This document shows positions 56,250 through 63,999 of a stretch of DNA of 64,000 nucleotides, in pieces. The notes beneath the pieces were generated by a model. It did no database searches and was not told the origin of the DNA. It saw only the letters and a list, made by a program, of their open reading frames with translations. The DNA is from a virus. How positions within the stretch are numbered: the stretch's first letter is position 1; the number at the start of each line of letters is the position of its first letter. The translations under genes were made by a program, and so were the position numbers. The stretch lies in the IMG/VR virus record IMGVR_UViG_3300017605_000706, positions 33,433 to 97,432 of that record. The stretch is one strand, 5' to 3'.

Positions 56250-56719
56250 GCCTTGCCCAGCGCGAGAAGAGCCCGCTTGACGTGCTGCGCGGCGGGCTTC
56301 AGGAAGTCGTGCTTGTCGTAATCAGACAGCCAGGCTTCGAGGTCAGCGCGCGCCAGTTCAGTCACGGCCTTGCCCGACAGCGGCAGCTTCACGGACTTCG
56401 GCGGCGTCTTTACGACAGGGGGCGGCAGCGTCACCGCAACCTTGGGCGTCTCTCGGGTACGCGGCGAAACCACGTACAGGTAGCTGAGCAGCTTCTTGGC
56501 CTGGCCCACGCGGAACTGCTCGCCGGCCTTCTTGTCGTCCCACTCGAAGTACCTGCGGAGTGGCGAGTCGGGATGGCGCGCGTCCTCGATGAGGAGTTCA
56601 GGGTGGGAACGGGCTTGATCGAGACTTCCCGCGATCTTTGCGATCCGAGAGCCGATGACTTGTGCGTCCTTTGGGTTGAAGTCGCTCGTATAGCTGTGAA
56701 ACTTGTACTTGATCGCCAT
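56246..56719 (-). CDS. phage protein of the family that accompanies RAMP/Cas7-like genes
   Basis: AAGGA RBS; AR.PDSPL..YFEWDD..A...R..QA..L motif. Confidence 0.7.
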   Translation of the reverse strand: MAIKYKFHSYTSDFNPKDAQVIGSRIAKIAGSLDQARSHPELLIEDARHPDSPLRRYFEWDDKKAGEQFRVGQAKKLLSYLYVVSPRTRETPKVAVTLPPPVVKTPPKSVKLPLSGKAVTELARADLEAWLSDYDKHDFLKPAAQHVKRALLALGKA

Positions 56720-56733
56720 GGTTTGTTCCTTCT

Positions 56734-57333
56734 TTAGATCGCTGCTCTGACGGCCGTTACCGCAAATCGGCCAAAAGACCCGCCTGTAGCAGGCGTCAAC
56801 TCCCCGATCCCAAAACTAAATCCTATGTCATGCAGTAAATTCACTGCACGATCTGCGGTAACGCGCTCGGTCCTGTATTCTAGCTGGAGGGTCGCCGCCC
56901 ATCCCTCATAGCGGGGAAGCCGCTTGGTGTAGTGGCCCCCGCCTGCGCGGGTAGTAATGGCATGCGATCTCATCGCCGAATAGGTCAGCGCGATCAGATC
57001 TCCTTGATCGATCGCCTTTACGAAGAGGTCGGCCTTGACGACGAGACGAGAGATGGCCTTTCCTCGCATCGCCCCGGCCACGAGAGCCCGCTTGATCTGG
57101 TCAGTGGTGACGCAGTCCTGGCCCGCATCATTCAACAGACGCGCCGCATCAAAATCGTCCGGGTCGTCACATAGATCATGCCTTTGAATCAAAGGCGAGA
57201 TCCCCTCGATATCGACTTCAATCGCTTCGAGGTTGATAGGAGATATAGCAATTACGCGAGGTTGGCTGTCTTCTTGTGCGCTTGCTACGTTTACCGTAGC
57301 GCGCGCGCTTCGCCCTGTGCGCAGGTATGACAC
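56734..57333 (-). CDS. divergent RAMP/Cas7-like phage protein
   Basis: IEG.SPL.., RLP.Y..W......Y, Gly-rich C-terminal loop GIGELTPATGGSFGRF. Confidence 0.6.
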   Translation of the reverse strand: MSYLRTGRSARATVNVASAQEDSQPRVIAISPINLEAIEVDIEGISPLIQRHDLCDDPDDFDAARLLNDAGQDCVTTDQIKRALVAGAMRGKAISRLVVKADLFVKAIDQGDLIALTYSAMRSHAITTRAGGGHYTKRLPRYEGWAATLQLEYRTERVTADRAVNLLHDIGFSFGIGELTPATGGSFGRFAVTAVRAAI

Positions 57334-57341
57334 GCCGCCTA

Positions 57342-57367
57342 AGACGAAACTGCTTTTGACCTATTCA
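57342..57367 (-). promoter_or_regulatory. TGAAT-N17-GTCT promoter-like motif
   Basis: 8 nt before GTG 57333 (RAMP-like gene). Confidence 0.6.
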
Positions 57368-57371
57368 ACTT

Positions 57372-59606
57372 TCATCCAACAAGTTCCACCGTGACGACGA
57401 TATTCGTTTGGGGCGTAGTGGGGGCCACAGTTTTCGTGACGCGGAGCGCAATGCGGTCGCCGGCAGCAACCGTGATCTGGCTGGTGTCGGGGCCTGCGCT
57501 GGTGGCCGTGTTGCCCATGGCCTGGTCGAGCTGGGTCACGGCGCCATTCAGGAGGAGCGTGTACTGATTCGTCGAGCCGCCGGTGCCCGCCGTGGCGTGG
57601 ATGCGCATGTTGCGGAGCGTGCCCGCGCGAGGCATCAACATCTCGATCTGGACGGTGGTCTCGGTCGCCAGACCGCCACCCGGCGCGAAGAATCGAGCGG
57701 CAGTCGCCGTCGTACTCGCTAGCGTGCCGAACGTGATCTCCGACGGTCCGACGATGGCCCAGCCAGTGTTGCCGGTGCCTGAGTCTTTCGTCCAGATTAC
57801 GGCACCAGCCACGCCCTGGCTGTTCGTGGCCAACGAGCCCGGCGGCGCCGTGATGCGCGACTCGGGGCTGCCGACGACGTTGATCGTGGCCATCTGCGCG
57901 CCGGCAGGGTTGCTGTTGTTGGTGACGCCAACGTTCGCTGGCGTCGGCGGCACTACAAGGCCTGTGGTCGCGTCGACCGTGTTGTTGCCGGTGCAGGCGC
58001 GATAGCCCGCGAACGTACCCGCGCCGACGTTCGTATAGCGGATGCCTTGTAGGCTGTTCCGCGTGTAGTTGTCATTCACGGTGACGTTGTTGACGTTGAA
58101 ACCGTTCTCGGTGTCGAGGTTGATACCGTCGGTGATGCGCGTGACCGTAGCGATCACTAGATTTCCTGTGATCGTCCAGTCATCTCCGGTGACACCAATG
58201 GCACGCGCCTGAACTGCCTGCCACGTGCCCACGGCAGCCGGGTTGACGTTCAGGAATACGAGGTTGCCGCTTACCGCGAGCTGCTTGCAGTCCTCCATGC
58301 GCAAAATGATGACGCCGTTGACGTTGGCGACGCCGCGCAGGATGTTGTTCGAGACGATGATGTCGAAAATCGACCCGGGACTGTCGATGAAGTACCAGAT
58401 CGCTGCGCGCTCGTTTCCGCCGCCGATAACGTTCTCTGCATTGATGATGTTGGCGTCAGCAATGACATTTTGTGGGTTACGGAGCGAGATGCCGGCTTCG
58501 CCAAGGATCGTCTCCTGAATGTCCATCACGTTGCCGATGATGTCGGTGTTCGAGACAAGGAGCCCCTGGATCGTGCCGGCGGCAAGGAAGACGTTGAAGC
58601 TGCAAGTGTGGCGCTTCGAGTACTTGTCGATGCCGCCGTCGCGGACGCCTGTCAACGTGATCGCGATGTTCGAGAAGGCCGGGTTGAGGTCGAAGATGTT
58701 GCCGAGGATGTTGAACGCCGTTGGCCCCTCGCCGAGGTGAGGCTCGAAATCGATGCACTGCGCGGCCGTACTGTTCATCCAGTTGTCGATGATGTCGATC
58801 TGCGCGACGTCGCGCTGCGTGCTCACGCTCGATCGCGAGAAGGTTCCCTGGTTGAACGTGTTGAACAGCATGCGGGCGTTAACGACGGTGAAGCCCGCAC
58901 CGAAGGCGCCGTTGCCGCCGAGCAGACGAACACTATCGCCGCGGATGGGATCGAATATGACGTCTTGGATTTCGAGGTCCGTCGGGTTGACGTTCACGAC
59001 CGGCGGGTTGCTCTGCGAGAATTGCACCCAGTGCGTCTGATCGACGAAGTTGGTAAGCGTGTCCGCGTTCATGCGCATGTTGTAGAAACGCACGCGCTGC
59101 GTGGAGCTGGTGATACGAAACACCTCGACGATGCGCCCGAGCGCGTCACCAGTAAGCTTGATCCAACTGTTGTAGCCGTCGCCGAAAAACGTGATGTTGC
59201 TCTTAGCGCTGAGGATGATGATGCCTTCAACAACGGTGTTGTAGACGGCATAGCCGAGCACCGCCGGTGGGATGTAGATCATCCCGCCACCGGCCGCAGC
59301 GGCCGCATTGACAGCATTTTGGATGGCGGCGTTGCAGCTCGTGACCCCGTCCCCTACGGCGCCGAAGTCGCGAACGATATTGAATACGCGGAGATTGACG
59401 AGGTTCTGCTCAGCCCAGCCGTGAGCATCGGCGTTGAGCTTGAAGTAGGTCTGGATCGGATCGCTCGGACCGATCGATCCGTCGCCGCGGACCCACACTG
59501 AGCCAAGCCCGCGCGCCGTTCCCGGGCCTGCGTCGGGGTCCGTGATCCGGTTCTGCCACGACGCAATCTGATCGCGAAATTCTTCGGTGGAGAACACCTT
59601 GGACAT
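57372..59606 (-). CDS. beta-helix spike/receptor-binding protein (pectate lyase-like), copy 1
   Basis: ATG 59606; VRDFGAVGDG.T....AIQ.A.......GG.IYIP; Asn ladders; GSPE..ITA.PGS...K.SG.GNTGW. Confidence 0.85.
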   Translation of the reverse strand: MSKVFSTEEFRDQIASWQNRITDPDAGPGTARGLGSVWVRGDGSIGPSDPIQTYFKLNADAHGWAEQNLVNLRVFNIVRDFGAVGDGVTSCNAAIQNAVNAAAAAGGGMIYIPPAVLGYAVYNTVVEGIIILSAKSNITFFGDGYNSWIKLTGDALGRIVEVFRITSSTQRVRFYNMRMNADTLTNFVDQTHWVQFSQSNPPVVNVNPTDLEIQDVIFDPIRGDSVRLLGGNGAFGAGFTVVNARMLFNTFNQGTFSRSSVSTQRDVAQIDIIDNWMNSTAAQCIDFEPHLGEGPTAFNILGNIFDLNPAFSNIAITLTGVRDGGIDKYSKRHTCSFNVFLAAGTIQGLLVSNTDIIGNVMDIQETILGEAGISLRNPQNVIADANIINAENVIGGGNERAAIWYFIDSPGSIFDIIVSNNILRGVANVNGVIILRMEDCKQLAVSGNLVFLNVNPAAVGTWQAVQARAIGVTGDDWTITGNLVIATVTRITDGINLDTENGFNVNNVTVNDNYTRNSLQGIRYTNVGAGTFAGYRACTGNNTVDATTGLVVPPTPANVGVTNNSNPAGAQMATINVVGSPESRITAPPGSLATNSQGVAGAVIWTKDSGTGNTGWAIVGPSEITFGTLASTTATAARFFAPGGGLATETTVQIEMLMPRAGTLRNMRIHATAGTGGSTNQYTLLLNGAVTQLDQAMGNTATSAGPDTSQITVAAGDRIALRVTKTVAPTTPQTNIVVTVELVG

Positions 59607-59610
59607 AGCG

Positions 59611-61740
59611 TTATACAAGCTCCAGGCTGGCGATAACGTTCGTCTGGCCAGCTGCGACGCCCGCGCTCTTGACGATGCTCACCGATACCAGCGAGCCCGC
59701 GGCGACGGTCGCCGTATGCGTGAGGTCCGACACCGCACCCGTCGCCGTGTTGCTCTGGGTGGTAGTGATGGCAGTATCAACGCCGCCGATTCGCACTGTG
59801 TACGTCACGGTCGCAGCGCCGGTGCCAGCGCCAGCGGTCTGGATCCGGAGGTTGCGGATCGTGCCAGCGCGCGTAATCGGCATCTGAATCTCGGCGGCCG
59901 GCGACGTTGCCTCGTACCCGGGCGCCATGAAGACAGCAGTGGCCGCCGTCGTCGTGTCACCGGTGCCAAAGACGAGCGCCGAGCCGCCCATGGCGACCCA
60001 CCCGAGGTTGCCGACACCAGCCTCCTTGTAGTAAACAGCCGTCGAGGGACCGCCGTCGCGTCGCAGGAACATCGAGCCGATGCGCGCAGTGACGACGCCT
60101 TCCGGCGTGCCATCACCCGTGAATAGCTGGGTGCCCGCGCCACCGCCCGACCCGGAATTGAAGCCGACGCGGGGGATGACGGTGACGCCGACGTTCGTGA
60201 AGTCCGTGGTCGCGCCGGCAAAGTTGTTGCCGCCGTACATGATCACGTTGTTGGTGAAGTTACCGCCACCGCCACCGATCTCGAACTGGACACCGTTGGT
60301 GACGTTGTTGCCCAGGTTGGAGACGATGCTGACGCCCAGGACGTTGGCGCCGTTGGCGAGTAGGCGCACCGCCGCCAAGCCGGTGCCGGCGGCTGCCGAC
60401 CACTGGTTGCCGGGGCCGATGAGGACGTCGTCCATTGCGACCGTGACGGCCTGGACGTCGCAGCCGATGATCGTGCCCGCACCCGCGTTCGTCCAGCGGC
60501 ACACGTTGCCGCCCAGCGACCACCGGACGGCGTCGACTACGGTCATGATCGGCGCTGACGCGACTTCCTGCAAAAGGATGTTGTTGCCGATGCGGAAGCG
60601 GCTCGGAGCGGCGCCGCCGGAGGACTCGACCTTGATGCACTCGCCGACGCTGCCACCCTCGCGGTCGACGATGTTTGCGACGAAGGTGCAGTCAGTGACG
60701 TTACCAAAGATACGAACCACGGCGTTCGCCGTTGCAAACGTTCCCGAGAAGATCGGGTTGCCGTACACCGACAGGAACCGGCACCCCGACATGGTCAGGT
60801 ACCCGCCGAGGAGAATGTTGTTGGTCAAGACCGAGTGCGACAAGAGACCCGTCGCGTCGCCTTCGAGCCGGATGGCGCGAGGTTCGGTTCCTGTGTGATT
60901 GATCTCGTTGTTCGAGATGTTGATGGCCTGGCTGTTCACGTTCGCCGTCGCGACGATGGCGATATCGGTCTCGCAGTTGGTGAAGTAGTTATCGATCACC
61001 CACAGCGACTTCATGCCCTGCTCGCCGCCGAAGCCGAAGCGCGAGCACCCGTCGAAGACGTTATCGCGGATCCATCCGCGGTTAGCCAGGTTGCCGACCG
61101 CGCCGACAACGTGCACGCCATCGCCGCTAGCAGCGGGCATCCCACCGAACCAGTTGGAGTCGATCCGGAAGTCGGTGATAGCGCCGGCCGTAGCATCGAC
61201 GAGCAGCAAGTGATTGCTGCGCGCCGCCGCCGGGTTGGTGAGGCCGCTACCGTCGAGCCTGATGTTCGTGATGCGGGTCGAGAGCGAACCCGCCACGAGG
61301 TTGATCATGGAGCCGGCTGCGCCGCCCGCGTTGCGTGTCCACTTCAACACCGATCCCGCGCCAGCGCCCCAGAGCTGGACCGCAGACGGGACGGTGATGC
61401 TCGTGGCGATCGCGAACGTGCCGCGCGGGATCCACACGACGCCACCGCCGAGCCCCGAGACTTCAGTAATAGCCGCCTGGATGGAGGCCGTCGCGTCCGT
61501 GACGCCGTCGGCGATGGCGCCGAAGTCGAGGATCGACCGCCAACCTAGGGACTGGGAAAGTTTCTCCCAATTCGTCGCCGCCGCGCCCGTCTTCTGGTAG
61601 AGACCTGGGCTACCCGCGGTCCTCGTGTAGAGGCTGCCAATGTTGCGGACGAGCCCAGGGCCTGTGGAAGGGTCGGCCGCGCCATCAAGAATGTTTACGA
61701 GATTCAGCCTGATCTCGTCTGCAGCAAATACTTTAGACAT
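59611..61740 (-). CDS. beta-helix spike/receptor-binding protein (pectate lyase-like), copy 2
   Basis: AGGAG upstream; ILDFGA.ADG.TD....IQ.A......GG.VWIP.G; GTPEGVVTA.IGS...K..G.GN.GW. Confidence 0.85.
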   Translation of the reverse strand: MSKVFAADEIRLNLVNILDGAADPSTGPGLVRNIGSLYTRTAGSPGLYQKTGAAATNWEKLSQSLGWRSILDFGAIADGVTDATASIQAAITEVSGLGGGVVWIPRGTFAIATSITVPSAVQLWGAGAGSVLKWTRNAGGAAGSMINLVAGSLSTRITNIRLDGSGLTNPAAARSNHLLLVDATAGAITDFRIDSNWFGGMPAASGDGVHVVGAVGNLANRGWIRDNVFDGCSRFGFGGEQGMKSLWVIDNYFTNCETDIAIVATANVNSQAINISNNEINHTGTEPRAIRLEGDATGLLSHSVLTNNILLGGYLTMSGCRFLSVYGNPIFSGTFATANAVVRIFGNVTDCTFVANIVDREGGSVGECIKVESSGGAAPSRFRIGNNILLQEVASAPIMTVVDAVRWSLGGNVCRWTNAGAGTIIGCDVQAVTVAMDDVLIGPGNQWSAAAGTGLAAVRLLANGANVLGVSIVSNLGNNVTNGVQFEIGGGGGNFTNNVIMYGGNNFAGATTDFTNVGVTVIPRVGFNSGSGGGAGTQLFTGDGTPEGVVTARIGSMFLRRDGGPSTAVYYKEAGVGNLGWVAMGGSALVFGTGDTTTAATAVFMAPGYEATSPAAEIQMPITRAGTIRNLRIQTAGAGTGAATVTYTVRIGGVDTAITTTQSNTATGAVSDLTHTATVAAGSLVSVSIVKSAGVAAGQTNVIASLELV

Positions 61741-61759
61741 TCTTTAAAACCCTTCTCCT

Positions 61760-62344
61760 TTAGAAATTGAAGACGAAGAAGGCGATTCGATCACCGGCTG
61801 TAAGCGCGCCCGTTGTGATCACCCTGAACGCGAGCGTTGTCCGATCTCCAGGTAGAAGATTGGGGCAGTCGAACGCGGTAACGAGCGCCACGCCGTCATT
61901 GGACGGGAAAACTGCGTAGTTATCGTTAGCGCGAGCAACGGGTAGCGTTACGAAGAAGTCCGTGCCTTCTAGACCCGTAGCGATGTACACGAACGCATCC
62001 GGGTTACCCGAGGAGCTTCCTGAACCGCCGCCGCCTACAACAAACGGTCGAGGGCTCAACCCAGCGAATCCGTTACTAATCCCAACACCGAACCCGCGTA
62101 GCATGGAATGCCACGCCTCAAGCAGCACGTTACCGTCGATTTGAGAACCTGTCGGGTTCGTGGCGGTGAACGCTGTCGTTGTGACGAGGTTCGGGTCTAT
62201 CGTCAGGCCAGCTGAAAGCTGATCGAACTCGACACGGTCGGGCTTGACCGGGATCCCATTGATATTGATGTTGTGGGCGAATACAACCGTGCCGCCCGCA
62301 GGGACCGAAACTGGAACAATTTGGAATAGTTGTGGGCTCGGCAC
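61760..62344 (-). CDS. beta-rich structural protein heading the spike operon
   Basis: Two beta domains joined by GGGGSGSSSG linker; co-oriented with spikes. Confidence 0.65.
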   Translation of the reverse strand: MPSPQLFQIVPVSVPAGGTVVFAHNININGIPVKPDRVEFDQLSAGLTIDPNLVTTTAFTATNPTGSQIDGNVLLEAWHSMLRGFGVGISNGFAGLSPRPFVVGGGGSGSSSGNPDAFVYIATGLEGTDFFVTLPVARANDNYAVFPSNDGVALVTAFDCPNLLPGDRTTLAFRVITTGALTAGDRIAFFVFNF

Positions 62345-62471
62345 GGACCTACTCTTGTGTTGTAGCCATGGATCAGATCCCTGATCTTGACGCTAACACG
62401 AGAGTAGTTTCAACTGCAAGAGTCTACCATACTTGCAGTACTACAGACGTCCGTGCTACAAGAGGGTAGGC
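62341..62471 (-). promoter_or_regulatory. structured RNA leader (multibranch) upstream of spike operon
   Basis: Nested inverted repeats GCACGGAC/GTCCGTGC, CTACTCTTGTGTT/AACACGAGAGTAG, GATCAG/CTGATC, ACTGCAAG/CTTGCAGT. Confidence 0.55.
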
Positions 62472-62473
62472 CT

Positions 62474-62845
62474 CTAGTAGACCTCATAGAGGTCGCCGTG
62501 AAACCACTGGTTTAGCCGTTGAACTAGCCTATCCGTAGGCAACGCGCCCATCTGGCTCGTCCAGCCACGATAAGCGGCTTCACGCGGTATCTTATCGGAA
62601 ATACAATGTATTTCCCATGGGACGTCATCCCATGACGCTACGTCTGAGGTTCGCCCAATAAGCGCTACGACGCCGTCTACGAAATTGTAGACGGCGTCGT
62701 AACTGTGCACGTGTGATACGGTTACGGTCGGCGTGTTTTGCCGACCGTAGACGCGCAGATCGTTACCGTCCTGAACGGCTGCAAGTCCGCGATATACTAA
62801 AATAACACGGCCAGAGTAGTCTCCGCACCGAAAGCGCCAGATCAC
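62474..62845 (-). CDS. PWEIH-motif family member 23
   Basis: GTG 62845 (MIWRF); VYRG; WDDVPWEIHCISDKIPREAAY. Confidence 0.72.
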   Translation of the reverse strand: MIWRFRCGDYSGRVILVYRGLAAVQDGNDLRVYGRQNTPTVTVSHVHSYDAVYNFVDGVVALIGRTSDVASWDDVPWEIHCISDKIPREAAYRGWTSQMGALPTDRLVQRLNQWFHGDLYEVY

Positions 62846-62994
62846 GGCTTGGCCTTCTTGGGCCGCTTGAACTTGAGCAAGCGATCGCCTCTCTGTTTGT
62901 TCCAGAGGGCGATCGAGTGGAATCGAGTCGTAGCTTTGATCTCGCCTGAGGGGCTGAACACTACCCAAATGATTTCTGGGATGGGCTGATTCAC
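62842..62994 (-). CDS. 50-aa basic protein (below ORF-track cutoff)
   Basis: MNQPIPEIIWVV...KRPKKAKP; GTGA overlap with member 23. Confidence 0.45.
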   Translation of the reverse strand: MNQPIPEIIWVVFSPSGEIKATTRFHSIALWNKQRGDRLLKFKRPKKAKP

Positions 62995-63013
62995 AGCCGA
63001 GCACTCTAGGCGA

Positions 63014-63352
63014 TCAGTGTGACGGGACCACGATGAAGTGAAACTCGGAACCGATACTGCGGACTTCGCTGTCGCGAACTTTTCGTGGGTCCATAGCGCC
63101 TACGAGGTCGGCTCTAGTAAGCTGCACGTAGCCGAGGTTGTTCCAGTGAACAGCTAGCTTCGCCAAGCTCTTCATAGGAATGTCGAGCGCTTCGGCCAGG
63201 TCTGACAGGAAGACTTTGTACGGCCCGTAACTGATCTTGCGCGCCGCGAGTTGGCGCGCTGTCGCTAGCGCCTTGTTGGCCGCAGCTTTATGCGACGGGT
63301 TCTCCTGCATCTGTTCGAGAAGATCGAAATCGATCGGCTGATTGATCGCCAT
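63014..63352 (-). CDS. winged-helix-like protein
   Basis: KVFLS.L......L.RADLV.AMDP..V..SE......FHFI motif. Confidence 0.6.
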   Translation of the reverse strand: MAINQPIDFDLLEQMQENPSHKAAANKALATARQLAARKISYGPYKVFLSDLAEALDIPMKSLAKLAVHWNNLGYVQLTRADLVGAMDPRKVRDSEVRSIGSEFHFIVVPSH

Positions 63353-63370
63353 TTTTTATGACGCAGTATA

Positions 63371-63826
63371 CTACACGATCTCCTGAACAAGTACAGGACT
63401 GATCATAGCCAGCCTGAGCGCAAAGATCAGCCGCCTTTTCAGGCTGTCACTCGATACGGCGCCGTTCTCACCTGTGTAAGCGTGATAGGCCGCTTCTCTA
63501 GCGACGTCGTCGTCTATCGTATGAATTTCCCACGGGACGTCATCGAAAGGTTGATAGCGCCGGATCGATGGGTACTCCGTGAGGTCAAAGCGAGGCCATA
63601 TCGTATCCAGATGAGGTGGCTTGCCTGGACGGCCTACGTAATGGGCTCCCCAACTCAGTTGAAAACAGTCCGACTGGAAAGCCTGGAAAGCGCCGTAGGC
63701 GCGCTGCAGCGCGTACAGGCGCCATGAAGGGAGCCCGTGATCTTCGCGCTCGTGGTATGTTCTCAGGCAGAGTCCGCGACAGACGACGAAATAGCTGCTC
63801 AAGTCTGACGCGAAGATCCAGATCAC
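63371..63826 (-). CDS. PWEIH-motif family member 24
   Basis: GTG 63826 (MIWIF); CRG; FDDVPWEIHTIDDDVAREAAY. Confidence 0.72.
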   Translation of the reverse strand: MIWIFASDLSSYFVVCRGLCLRTYHEREDHGLPSWRLYALQRAYGAFQAFQSDCFQLSWGAHYVGRPGKPPHLDTIWPRFDLTEYPSIRRYQPFDDVPWEIHTIDDDVAREAAYHAYTGENGAVSSDSLKRRLIFALRLAMISPVLVQEIV

Positions 63827-63999
63827 TCGTCGTACTCGAGTAGCGCCCAAACAGGGTCGTCGGTTACCCGGCTGTAGTACTTGAGGTAGCCGCTGCCCGT
63901 CATACGCCAATCGTGGATCCGATCTTCAAGAAACGCGTTGACGAGATGTTCAGGCGTAATCGGTAGCGCAGGAGGCGCGTTCTCGTCGCGTTCGCGAAA
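63823..63999 (-). CDS. 3' end of a gene starting outside the window
   Basis: Open frame ...WALLEYDE* ending in GTGA overlap with member 24. Confidence 0.5.
   Translation of the reverse strand, partial: FRERDENAPPALPITPEHLVNAFLEDRIHDWRMTGSGYLKYYSRVTDDPVWALLEYDE

Noticed and set aside
55000-57400. CRISPR array or GGY-NN guide tract near the RAMP-like gene
   Set aside because: Only 2-3 chance pentamers (around 55550-55575 and 56250-56260); no regularly spaced repeats seen anywhere in the window.
58470-61600. Long plus-strand ORFs (58470-59501, 60080-60898, 60835-61548)
   Set aside because: Antisense shadows of the GC-rich, codon-biased spike genes; no motifs or RBS.
62350-62370. Stop-codon read-through or alternative genetic code from ATG 62370 into the gene at 62344
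   Set aside because: The uORF is out of frame with the downstream gene, and long conserved genes are intact under code 11 using all three stops.
20075-63826. Diversity-generating retroelement as the source of the PWEIH family
   Set aside because: No reverse transcriptase in the window, no near-identical TR/VR pair differing only at adenines, and the C-terminus is the constant rather than the variable part.
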